A DNA stretch of 64,000 bases from Octopus vulgaris (lineage: Eukaryota), in the NCBI GenBank assembly GCA_951406725.2, contig OX597824.1, forward strand, positions 10,912,001 through 10,976,000. The letters run 5' to 3'. Within the stretch, counting starts at the first letter, position 1; the number at the start of each line of letters is the position of its first letter. Shown here in pieces: positions 53,568-64,000 of this stretch. The notes under the pieces are model-generated. The model was not told the DNA's origin. It did not search any database and was given only the letters and a program-made list of their open reading frames with translations. The position numbers were made by a program, and so were the translations under genes.

Positions 53568-56500
53568 TTATGTATACATGTGTGTATGTATATAGTGTGT
53601 GAGAGGGTATGCACACATGAATGGTTGTGTGTTTATATGCATACACAGTGAACAAACTGTGATGTTGCAAATGCTTAGAGAAGGATCAGTTCAGTTAAAG
53701 GCAACAGAGAGGTACCCAAGACATTTCTATTCTCTTCCAGATTTGTTGAAATCAATACGGTTGATGTTCAGCTTGGAATTTTTAAGTGTCTATGTGTAAA
53801 ACTTGGTCAAAGAAGGAATTTCTGAAGGTTACGGTTCCGAGAAGGAACAATTGAGAAAATTATTTAGTTGAGTACCCACCAATGGAATAGGAAGAGAAGA
53901 TATGGAGGCACTGGATGTTTAGAGTAGAGGTTGTAGTAATACTGGTATATGGGGGTAGAACACTTAAGAAGAGAGAGAGAGAGAGTGTGTGAGTGTTTTA
54001 TAGTGTAATGCCACTGGTATACATTTTCACTGGTGTGTATACTGTAGTGGTGTGTTTGAGAGTAAGAGATAGAACAGATCTTTGTACACTGAAAAGGTGG
54101 AGAGCAAGGGGTGCTAAGAGGTTGAGAATATACTGACAAATCTTTCCTTTGTGGCATATCCATAAGTGGAGAAGTGGTAAGTGTATTGAAGGCTAAGCAC
54201 TTGCTTCTGGAAACAGCCCCGGAACAACAGAATTGGTTAAGTTACCGTTTCTGCAATACTGTCAGCCAACAACGAAAGAGCTAACCAATCATATTGTACC
54301 TTCTGAATTAGTGAGGGCTGCCACCAAGTACTGATGGTGAACCCTATCAAAGCTCTGGATTAATCCAAATAAAACCACGTTTATTACTACATACAAAGAT
54401 ACAGCAGTTATAGACAACTATATCAAACTTTACAGTCCCCATTTACCAACTTTCACTTTCACTCACAAGGAATTTTCTCAAGACATTTGTACAAGATGCT
54501 GTGCAGTAGATTAAAAACAGCAATTATGGTACAGCTATAACTGGTATCCATTGAGGGATTTGAATTCAGAAAATACAATTTAAAAAAAGTTAAGTTTTCG
54601 TCAAGCCCTTAAATCCATTTCTCTACTGCTTCAGCCATTACATTAAATCAAATGGAAATAGCAATGATCCTATGAACTACATAGTGATCTCATTAGTGCA
54701 AGTGGTATAGGAAAAACAAAACACCCAGTCCAACTGTAAAGTGGTTGGTGTTAGGAAGGGCATCCATCCATAAAAACCATGCCAAAACAGACACTGGAGC
54801 TTTATGCTGTCTTTGGACACATTGGATCCTGTCAAACCATCCGACCCATATCAGCATGGAACATGTATGTTAAATGATGATTTTCAACAGAGGCCCAATG
54901 CCACAAATTTGGAGAGGGTATACTCTGTTATATTGACTACAGCGTTTGACTTGCATTTTATTTCATCAACCTTCAAACAATGAAAGATCAAGCACAACTC
55001 GGGACATAACTAAATACCCCAAGGTATTTTATCCACAACTTAACCAAATCTACCAAGCAAATACTAATCATTTGTAATTATTATTATGCTGGTATTCACA
55101 ACAAAAGTAATCATTTTTGGCATAGATTTTGGATGGTAAATATTGTGAGAGAGGAAAAAAAATCAGTCACACTGCCCTTAGTATTTAACTGGTACTTATT
55201 TTTCATCTGTTAATTGCTTGGATAATCTCAGCTGCTTAAAGCTTTTCAATTCATAATATTATATATATGTGAAATGCGACCATAATTATATGTTAATACA
55301 TTTTTCCTTCAGTCAACATTCTAATAACAACAAAACATCAAGAAAAGGGATGTTAAGAGAAGACACTGAGTGAGAACTGCTACAAGCAGCTGATAACAGA
55401 CAAGCATTCTATTGAAGGAAAAAACAGAAGACTATTCTCTACAAATAATTCCTTTGCTTCATACACACACACACAGATTGCCTGAGGCAGTTTACTATAA
55501 GCAACAACAACTAAGTTAATCCTGCCTAATTGTAGACCACTGAGGTCTAAGAATCTATTTTATAGCACAGTTTATATTGAAGCAGGTCATGGCAGGTTAG
55601 TGTGGCTTCTAAGATGTGTTGCAGTTAGGATTAACTGCTGGTGTAAACTATCGGAAGTATGAGATCAATAAGAACTGTAACAACAGACTGTACTCCACTG
55701 CTACCCACACACTTATTCGTTCTACCTTTCTCTCGCATCAACGTTTCACATATGTCTCTCTCCCAAAAACCTGTATCAAATACTTCAGGAGGTGCTTCCT
55801 TCAACTCCCTTCCTATCTCCCATATATAACGACGAGCTGGCAGAAACGTTCGCACGCCAGGTGAGATGCTTAGCAGTATTTCGTCTGCCATTACATTCTG
55901 AGTTTAAATTCCGCCAAGGTCGGCTTTGCCTTTCATCCTTTCGGGGTCGATTAAATAAGTACCAGTTATGCACTGGGGTCGATCTAATCGACTTAATCCA
56001 TTTGTCTGTCCTTGTTTGTCCTCTCTGTGTTTAGCTCCTTGTGGGTAGTAAAGAAATAGGTCTATTAAACTCTAAATTCTGACTATTTATACTCCATACA
56101 GACCACACTGCTGATATCAGATATACAAGGAGTCTCAGCCGTTGAAAATGATGACAAGCATGGCTGTGTGGTAACGATGTTTGCTGCCCAAACACATGGT
56201 TCCTGGTTCAGTCCCACAGTGTGACACTTTGGGCAAGTGTCTTCCACTATAGCTTCAGGCCAACCAAAGCCTTGTGAGTGGATTTGGTAAATGGAAACTG
56301 AAAGAATCCTATCATGTGAATGTGTTACCGTCTCCTTGCCTTGATATTTAATAGTTGTAAAAGAGTATAACCATCATACAAACAGTATTCTTCACTTAGA
56401 ATTTTTTGTGAAAACATGTCTGGCCATGGGGAAATATTGCTTTCCTTGGAAAACAGGTGATGGGTGACAACAGAAAGGGCATCCACTCATAGAAAATTTG

Positions 56501-57922
56501 CCTCAACAAATTCTGTCTGACCCATACCAGCATAGAAAAGAGCACGTTAAAACTTGGTGTTGTTATTGTTCAGCCCCAAGATCTAATGATCAAATTCATA
56601 ACAGCTGTAATCATCAAGCTTTATTTTCAGACCTAAGATATCTAAGATTACATTATCCATTGATGAGAAACCTACATTAACAACAGGTGTGTCAAGAAGT
56701 AAATTATTTCCTCACCTGAGCTAGAAGCCAAATACGGTGCAGACACGGATTGGTAAGATATTTAATGTTTAGCATAGTTTCTACAGCTGATAGGGTGGGA
56801 TTTGTCCAGGTACCCAAGTTGTGAGCTTATTTACTACAATTCCTTCCTTGTTCAGGTACAAACAGTAACAGTAAAATGAATCAAAAACTGGCTCAGACTA
56901 GCAAGACACCTGAGGTTGAAGATAGTTACATGATAAAAAAAACACACCTGCAGCAACATTTTTATTCAAAATATCTCAAATTTATAGAACCTTTTAACAC
57001 TTGAAAACATGAAGAAATAAATGGTTTTGGAACCAAATATTCTTAAGAATCCTATCAAACTTGAGGAATCGTAATTATGTTTTATGATGAGCCGTGTACT
57101 TTTCCAGGTATAACTACATAACAGAAACCGCCAAAACACACACAAACCTAAGAATACATCCCTTTTTTTCATGTGAGGAATGTTTAATCTCTATATCTTG
57201 TTATCTCCAAGCAAGAACACACACACAAGAGAGGAAGAAAATAAACAACAACCCAGATATAGACACAGAGAACAAACACACTGAGAAAAACAGAAAAGAA
57301 AGAACGGCTGATCAGAGGGAGTTGAAGTGAAAAGAGATTAGGAAGAAACTTTCATTCCAAAAAGAAGTCATGCATGAAAAGAATCCAATGTGTCAACTCT
57401 ATTCTTAGAGCAACAGCAACTTTGGTGGTAGCGGTGGTAGTGGTGACGGCAGTGGTGTGTGTGTGTGTGTATGAGTGTTGAATAGTTGGCTAACATTGTT
57501 CAACAATCTACTGGTAGCTATCTCTACATAACTGCAAACTGCAATATTAAAAAGTTTACGTCACTGACTCCCCAATAAGTTCTTGTATAATGCTGCTACA
57601 CTTCAGAATACATCCAACACAACGGTGCTACTTCTCATTTTACATTTCTTTAACCGTTTCATTACCAAATTTCTATCAAAATACACTGCTTCCATTTCAA
57701 TTAATTTTGAAAATAATAATTAAGAATTTAGTAAAATAGCTTTGCCTTTACTAAGTTCAGGTTTGGAACATAAAATGAACAAGAAATTTTGATGAAAGCT
57801 TTTAATTTAGATCACTTTAACCCTTTTGTTACCATATTTATTTTGAGATGCTCTGTGTTTCTTTCATTTTAAATATAACAAAGAATTTAATAAAATAAGT
57901 TCATTATCATTAAGCTAGTGTT

Positions 57923-58175
57923 ATCTTTCTATCTATCCGCTCAGTCGAAGTCGACTCTCGGTTACTCGTTGGATCAGTGTCCTCCAGTCAGTTCTATCCT
58001 GGGCCACTTCTTTCAGATTGGCTATGTCCATTCCGATATCACTCTTGATGGTGTCAAGCCAGTGGGTTCTTGTTCGGCCTCTTCCTCTCTTGCCACTGAC
58101 CATTCCGAGCACGATGTCCTTCTCCAGGGATTTTCTCTGCTTAATATGACCAAAATATGCCAATCTATGCTTGGT
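57923..58175 (-). mobile_element. 5'-truncated RTE/BovB-like LINE inserted into a piggyBac-like MITE (57821-58268)
   Basis: Uninterrupted peptide YFGHIKQRKSLEKDIVLGMVSGKRGRGRTRTHWLDTIK...QDRTDWRTLIQRVTESRLRLSG*; (GATA)n tail; TSD tagtgtt at 57916-57922 and 58176-58182. Confidence 0.88.
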
Positions 58176-59465
58176 TAGTGTTTAGGAACATAAATTCAAA
58201 ACTTATGTAAACATGACATTTGTATTACAGAGCCAAAGCCAGTTTCAGCCGGGTTGGTATTGAAAGAGTTAAAATAAGTTTGTCTCAAAGAAGCAGGGGC
58301 AGTCTCAATTGGTTTGCTATGAAAACGGTGAAATGATTATGGTTCAAGGTCATTCTGAAGCCGTTTATGAAATTCAATGAAGTTGCTTGTTTCATTTATA
58401 GTTGTCTAACTTTAAAAATGTCATCTTTGTTTTATAGTTGGTCTGATTTATTTTTATTTTACATTCTCTGCAGTTACAGAATGTTCTGGAAGTGGTAGGT
58501 TGATGCATGGTTCACCTAATGAATCAATTTGGCACTTAGATTCATTTCTGTCCACTCTTTCACTTTAAATTAACTTTCTTTTCAATTTTCTTGTTTAAGA
58601 GAGAGATAGTATGGTATTCAGTTCATTTCTGCAGAATTTCATCCAAGAGCTTAGTTTCAGGAAGATCTGGGACTGAGAGATGAAAGCCCTTCCTAGGTTC
58701 TAAGATCACATTCTTTATTCCACCAGTCTCTTTTGCCAAACTACTAAGTTACAGGGACACAAACACACCAACACCAGTTGTCAAGCAGTGGTGGGTAGAC
58801 AAACAAACACACAGATATATATAAAGAAGCCTATCATATATATATATAAACCGGCTTCTTTGAGTTCCTGTCTACCAAATCCAGGCTTTGTTCAATCGGA
58901 GACTATAGTAAAAGGCACTTGCCAAAGTGCCATGGTATGGGACTGAACCTGAAACCATGTGGTTGGGAAGCAAGCTTCTTACCACACAGCCACACCTATT
59001 CCTTTACCATGTGGCAGACCAATACAGTTTACTACTTCTTTTTATGTAAATACTGTTTGCTGACAAAGACCACTCCTCACCTTCAATTCTGGTTATTATT
59101 TTTGTTGATCATCATCAAAAACTGACCTTCTGCATCTACCATGCCTGACCTTATTTCTCTAAGACATACAACCCAGCCCAGAACTTTAGATAATCTCTTT
59201 TCCACACCATACTCTGACAGTTCCTCTCTCTCTTTTTCTCTCTCACTCAGTGCCTTACCTACAGGCATCAGCAATCATGGATCTTTGTATCCAAGTCTGA
59301 AGATACATAATTTTTCGTCATCGTCATCATTCAATGGCCATTCTCCATGCTGAGCAACACTTTGTGTAAGTAGAAAACTGCTATAGCCCCGCCCAACCAA
59401 TGTCTTGCAAGTGAATTTGGTAGGTGGAAACCAGTAAAAGATAAAGTAAACTAACACTAACATGA

Positions 59466-59785
59466 TGGAGGCACAATGGTCCAGTGGTTAGGGCAGCGGA
59501 CTCGGGGTCGGAGGATCGCGGTTTCGATTCCCAGACCAGGCATTGTGTGTGTGTTTATTGAGCGAAAACACCTAAAGCTCCACGAGGCTCCGGCAGGGGG
59601 TGGTGGCAATCCCTGTTGTACTCTTTCATCCCAACTTTCTCTCACTCTCTCTTCCTGTTTCTTGAGTAGCGCTGCAATCGACTGGTGTCCCGTCCAGCTG
59701 GGGGGAACACATACGCCACAGAAACCAGGAAACTGGGCCCACGAGCCTGGCTAGGCTTGAAAAGGCACATAAATAAAAAAAATAA
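59466..59785 (+). mobile_element. tRNA-derived SINE family 3 with A-rich tail and TSD
   Basis: aacactaacatga flanks both sides; A and B boxes are present. Confidence 0.85.
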
Positions 59786-60868
59786 ACACTAACATGACAA
59801 GGACACAGTAATATGTTACTACATATTTATCTAACCCATAATTTCACAATACAGATTACAGTAATATGTTGTGTACATTTAGCCAAACTCCACACTAACA
59901 TGACAGACACAGCAATATATCACTGCAAATATTTTATCTAACTTACAAACATGATACATATGTAGAAATATGTTATACAGATTTAATCTAATACACATAA
60001 ATTAATGTATGTTGTGCATATTTATGTAACCCAGACTAACATGATAGAAAGCTAAGATGTTGTTGTACTTGCATGTAATTTTTATAGGGGCAAAAAATTA
60101 ATTTTGTTAAAGTGATTATGAAAATCTTGATTCAAATCAAGCCAGCAAAGGAAAAAATAAGATAGGTGTAAAAATATTTAGAAGAACAATAACCATCAAC
60201 ATGAATAAAAGGTGAGTAATGAAGAAGAAATTTTGCACATTCTTCAACAATAAATATATAGCAAGTTTTTATTTTATTTCTACAGTTTTTTGCTTTTGTC
60301 TTTTCGGGGTTTTTTTTTTCCAATTTAATAGGTAAGACTCCCGCTTGGAATAATGTAATTAAGTAATCTAAATTTTTATCTCTGCAATAGACTTGCTGCT
60401 ACAAAAATATACAAATGTTGATAGCAATCTATATAACATGAAAGGTAAAAAAAAACCCTGATAAATGTTCTGCCAAATGTACAAGCATTTAAGAAATTGT
60501 TACGTTTATAATTATAATGAATCACTTGTAATTTTGTCAAAAGAACATTAAAGCAAAAAGAAGTGTGGCTATGAAAAATTGAAAAAAAAATTAAAACACT
60601 AATCTAACTTTCTCTTCAATCTTACAGAGCAGTTTTAAGTTCCTTGTTAAATGTATTCACTGAAAGATTGATAATGTGCAAGATTGGAAGGATAAGATAT
60701 AACACGAGGAGACTGATGATACCAAGATTATAAAAGAGAGATGCCTAGCTGGGCAGCAGTAACAATGATAAGAATAACAGTTTTTAAGTACAAAAATCTT
60801 GTGACATTTTGTTACCAGACAATCAATTAACACAAAACTCAGGATCACAGATAGAATCTATAATTTAT

Positions 60869-61259
60869 GAGTAGTATCGCCCGGCGTTGCTCTGGTTTGT
60901 TTCAACCCTTTAGAATTGGAATTTTTGAAAAGTAAAAAGTTTGCATTATGTAGCTTGTTATTCTCTTTAAGTGAACATTTTTCTGGTTGAAATACACCGA
61001 AAAATGGCGACACAGCAGTAAAAAAAATTGTAAAAAATAGGGATTTTCTTAGAAAAAAAGCACCTTTTTAATGTAAATAATTTTTGGTGTTAACATGGCC
61101 CGATTTGAATTTTTTTCTTCTACGGAAGGAAGAGCAAGCCTTCTTCTATCATAATCTCGATTTTGGTCAACTTGCCCTGCAGGGTCTCGGAGGAGATAGT
61201 GTTAGTTGAAGGCTACCAAACCTGCCATACACAGACAACTTCAGCTTTATATATAGAGA
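60869..61259 (-). mobile_element. Non-autonomous Helitron, copy 4
   Basis: Reverse complement of 7788-8188. Confidence 0.85.
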
Positions 61260-61927
61260 TTACAAACCATTAGAAACTAAATATTTTTTTAAAATCTTGA
61301 GTGAGTCTTTATCTTCATTCATCTGTCTAATGAAGACATAACCATTTAAATCTAAACACATAGGTGTGGAGGCAAAAACATAATTGGAATGAATATGCAT
61401 GTCATGTCAAGTTAAATTTTTTTTTCCTTTTGTAAATGGTTTTGGTGGACTAAGAATTACTTGGAGACTACAAACATTGTAAGTTTTAGCTTGGATAGGG
61501 TGCTAGAATACCTGAAATGTAATCAGGATAATAATGAGAATAATTCTCCTTACAATTTTTTTTTTCTTTCTTTTCTTTACCTGGAAAGAAAGTGGTTGAT
61601 TATCTAAAGTGATAAGGTTTTATCATACGACACAAGTTATTATTAAGATGGAAAATAAGAGTAGGTTTCTTGAAGTCTGGCAATGCTAAGTAGGAATGAG
61701 TCAAAGAATATGAGACATCAGATGAGATCCCATCTACTTTCTTTGGTACTCAAGAGGAAAGTATCAAAAAGATAGATATAATGGTTAATTTGGAAAACAG
61801 AGAGATCATTTTTTAAGATAATCAGATTTTGCATGTAAAAGAACTTACAATAGCATCACAGTACTCGTACATATCACAGAGGAACGAGAGAGGAGGGAGC
61901 GGGGGACAGAAACAGTTAGTTACTCAC

Positions 61928-62048
61928 CTCTCCACTAACAAGATGTTTGCCATCTCCAGAAAAAGCAACCGCAGTAATGGTTTTCTTGGAAGCATTGAAA
62001 ATGTGAGTTTGCTTGTTGCGACGTGGATAGAAGATGGTGATAACACAG
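61928..62048 (-). CDS. WDR62/MAPKBP1: WDR62/MAPKBP1-family WD40 protein, coding exon A (first in window): (G)[40 protein letters not shown]
   Basis: Acceptor ttcttccAG, donor GAG|GTGAGT; 121 nt, phase 2 to 0. The peptide resembles the MAPKBP1/WDR62 N-terminal WD repeat (CVVVLFNPRK...KTITALAFSPDGKYLVTGE, recalled). Confidence 0.93.
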
Positions 62049-62282
62049 CTGGAAGAACAATAAAAAAATATAATAAATATAATGATTAATAAATAAATAA
62101 AGAAACAAAATAAATAAAGAAACAAAATAAATAAATAAATGAAAATAGCTTGTTTACCAACCACATGGTTACGGGTTCAGTCCCACTGCGTGGCACCTTG
62201 GGCAAGTGTCTTCTACTATAGCCTCAGGCCAACCAAAGCCTTGTGAGTGGATTTGGTAGACGGAAACTGAAAGAAGCCCGTC

Positions 62283-62350
<68 letters not shown>

Positions 62351-62485
62351 ATCCCCCTAGCATTGCTTGACAACCGATGCTGGTGTGTTTGTGTCCCCGT
62401 TACCTAGCGGTTCGGCAAAAGAGACCGATAGAATAAGTACTGGGCTTACAAAAGAATAAGTCCCGGGGTCGAGTTGCTCGATTAA

Positions 62486-62707
62486 CCCTTTTCGTTACTG
62501 TATTTATTTTGAGATGCTTTGTGTTTCTTTCAATTACTTTAGATATAACAAAGAATTTAGTAAAATAACTTAGTTATCATTCAGCTAGTGTTAGGAACAA
62601 AAATTGCGACTAAGGTTTGGTGGAAGACTTTAATTCAAAACTTATGAAAACAAGACATTTGTACTGCAGAGCCAAGGCCGGTTTTAGCCGGGTTGGTAAC
62701 GAAAGGG
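62486..62707. mobile_element. piggyBac-like MITE inserted in a family 1 SINE (62146-62770)
   Basis: TTAA is duplicated at 62482-62485 and 62708-62711; removing the MITE restores gctcgattaaaggcggtgc of the SINE tail. Confidence 0.9.
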
Positions 62708-63787
62708 TTAAAGGCGGTGCTCCAGCGTGGCCGCAGTCAAATGACTGAAACAAGTAAAAAAGTAAAAGAGAATAATTTATTAATAGGTTAATAATAATAA
62801 AAATATTAATTTCAAGTTTTGACACAAGGCCAGCAATTTGGGAAAGGGGTAAGTCAATTACATCAACTCCAGTGCTCAACTGGTACTTATTAATCAACCC
62901 CGAAAGGATGAAGGTTAAAGTGGACCTCAATGGAATTTGAACTCAGAATGTAAAGACAGACAAAATGCTGTTAAGCATTTTGCCTAGCATGCTAATGATT
63001 CAGCAAAGCTGAACAGTTTCATTGCTCTGGGCACATCCCAAACTGGCCCAGCTGAGGGCACTTCTCAGCCAGGGAACTTTGAAAGCATGAAACATGAAGA
63101 TGGATTTCTTGATAAGAAAAGTAAACAACACTGCTGGTAGCTCACAACTTTCAAAAAACCCTAATCAAAACACACACACGGCTTTTTCGGTTTGTCTACT
63201 AAATTCACTTACAAAACTCAAGGCTGTAGTAGAAGACACTTACCCCAAGTAGAACTGAAACCAAAACCACAAGATTGGGAAACAAACTTCTTAAGCACAC
63301 AGTCATGTGTCTGTGTGTGTGTGTGCATGCGTGCTTCTGCACAGTTTCTGTCTACCAACTTCCACACACAAGCTATTGGTCAACCCAATCTAGGGTAGAC
63401 AATGATGTGTGGTTAGATTACACTCAGAAAGAGGTGTTGTGGCATGAACTTCTTAACCACACAGCTATGGTTCTATATTAAAACACACACACACAGAGTT
63501 TCAAGATTTGAATATATAATCTTTTAATTATAGTCCAGCACATTGACCTATCAGCTACCAGACCTTATATTTTGTCTCATGGACATTTCTGAATGTAGCT
63601 ATAGTGAAGAATTTCTTTATACAAGATGTTCATAACACAATTCCACCTACATTTCTCCAGAGATTTTGCTAGCTTGCTTACACTGGCTATTTAATCCTTA
63701 CAATACCAACACACACAAGATCATCTGTTACATGATGCAAAACCTCTAGTTTTTAAATCAAAACCTTCCATCATAATTCTTTAAGTT

Positions 63788-64000
63788 CATCATCATTTAA
63801 CGTCTGTTTTCCACACTAGCATGGGTTGGGCGGTTCGACCGGGGTCTGGAAGCCATGGAGGCTGCACCAGGCTCTAGTCTGATTTGGCAGTGTTTCTACA
63901 GCTGGATGCCCTTCCTAACGCCAACCACTCAGTGAGTGTAGTGGGTGTTTTTTATGTGCCACCGACACAGGGGCCAGAGCAGGCTGGCAAACGGCTACAG
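63788..64000 (-). mobile_element. RTE LINE 3'-UTR fragment running off the window end
   Basis: catcatcatttaacgtc...ctggatgcccttcctaacgccaacc; similar copies at ~2719, 27550, 29305, 39768 and 45151. Confidence 0.8.

Overview
This is AT-rich, repeat-dense eukaryotic DNA. The SINE and microsatellite repertoire looks octopus/coleoid-like, which is an inference. The whole window lies inside one minus-strand gene encoding a WDR62/MAPKBP1-family WD40 protein. Five coding exons (62048-61928, 39238-39146, 32051-31935, 30988-30893, 5328-5146) have canonical AG/GT sites and compatible phases; the start and end of the gene lie outside the window. A candidate in-frame 21-nt microexon (PRRAGSM) sits at 29097-29077. 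The introns are filled with tRNA-derived SINEs, 5'-truncated RTE LINE ends, non-autonomous Helitrons, piggyBac-like TTAA MITEs, 8-bp-TSD MITEs and a mariner fossil. The most unusual signal is a set of five minimal hammerhead-ribozyme-like motifs of the Penelope-like-element type. One of them is fused to a tRNA-derived Pol III head inside a 14-bp TSD. Nearly all ORFs in the supplied track are repeat-derived noise.
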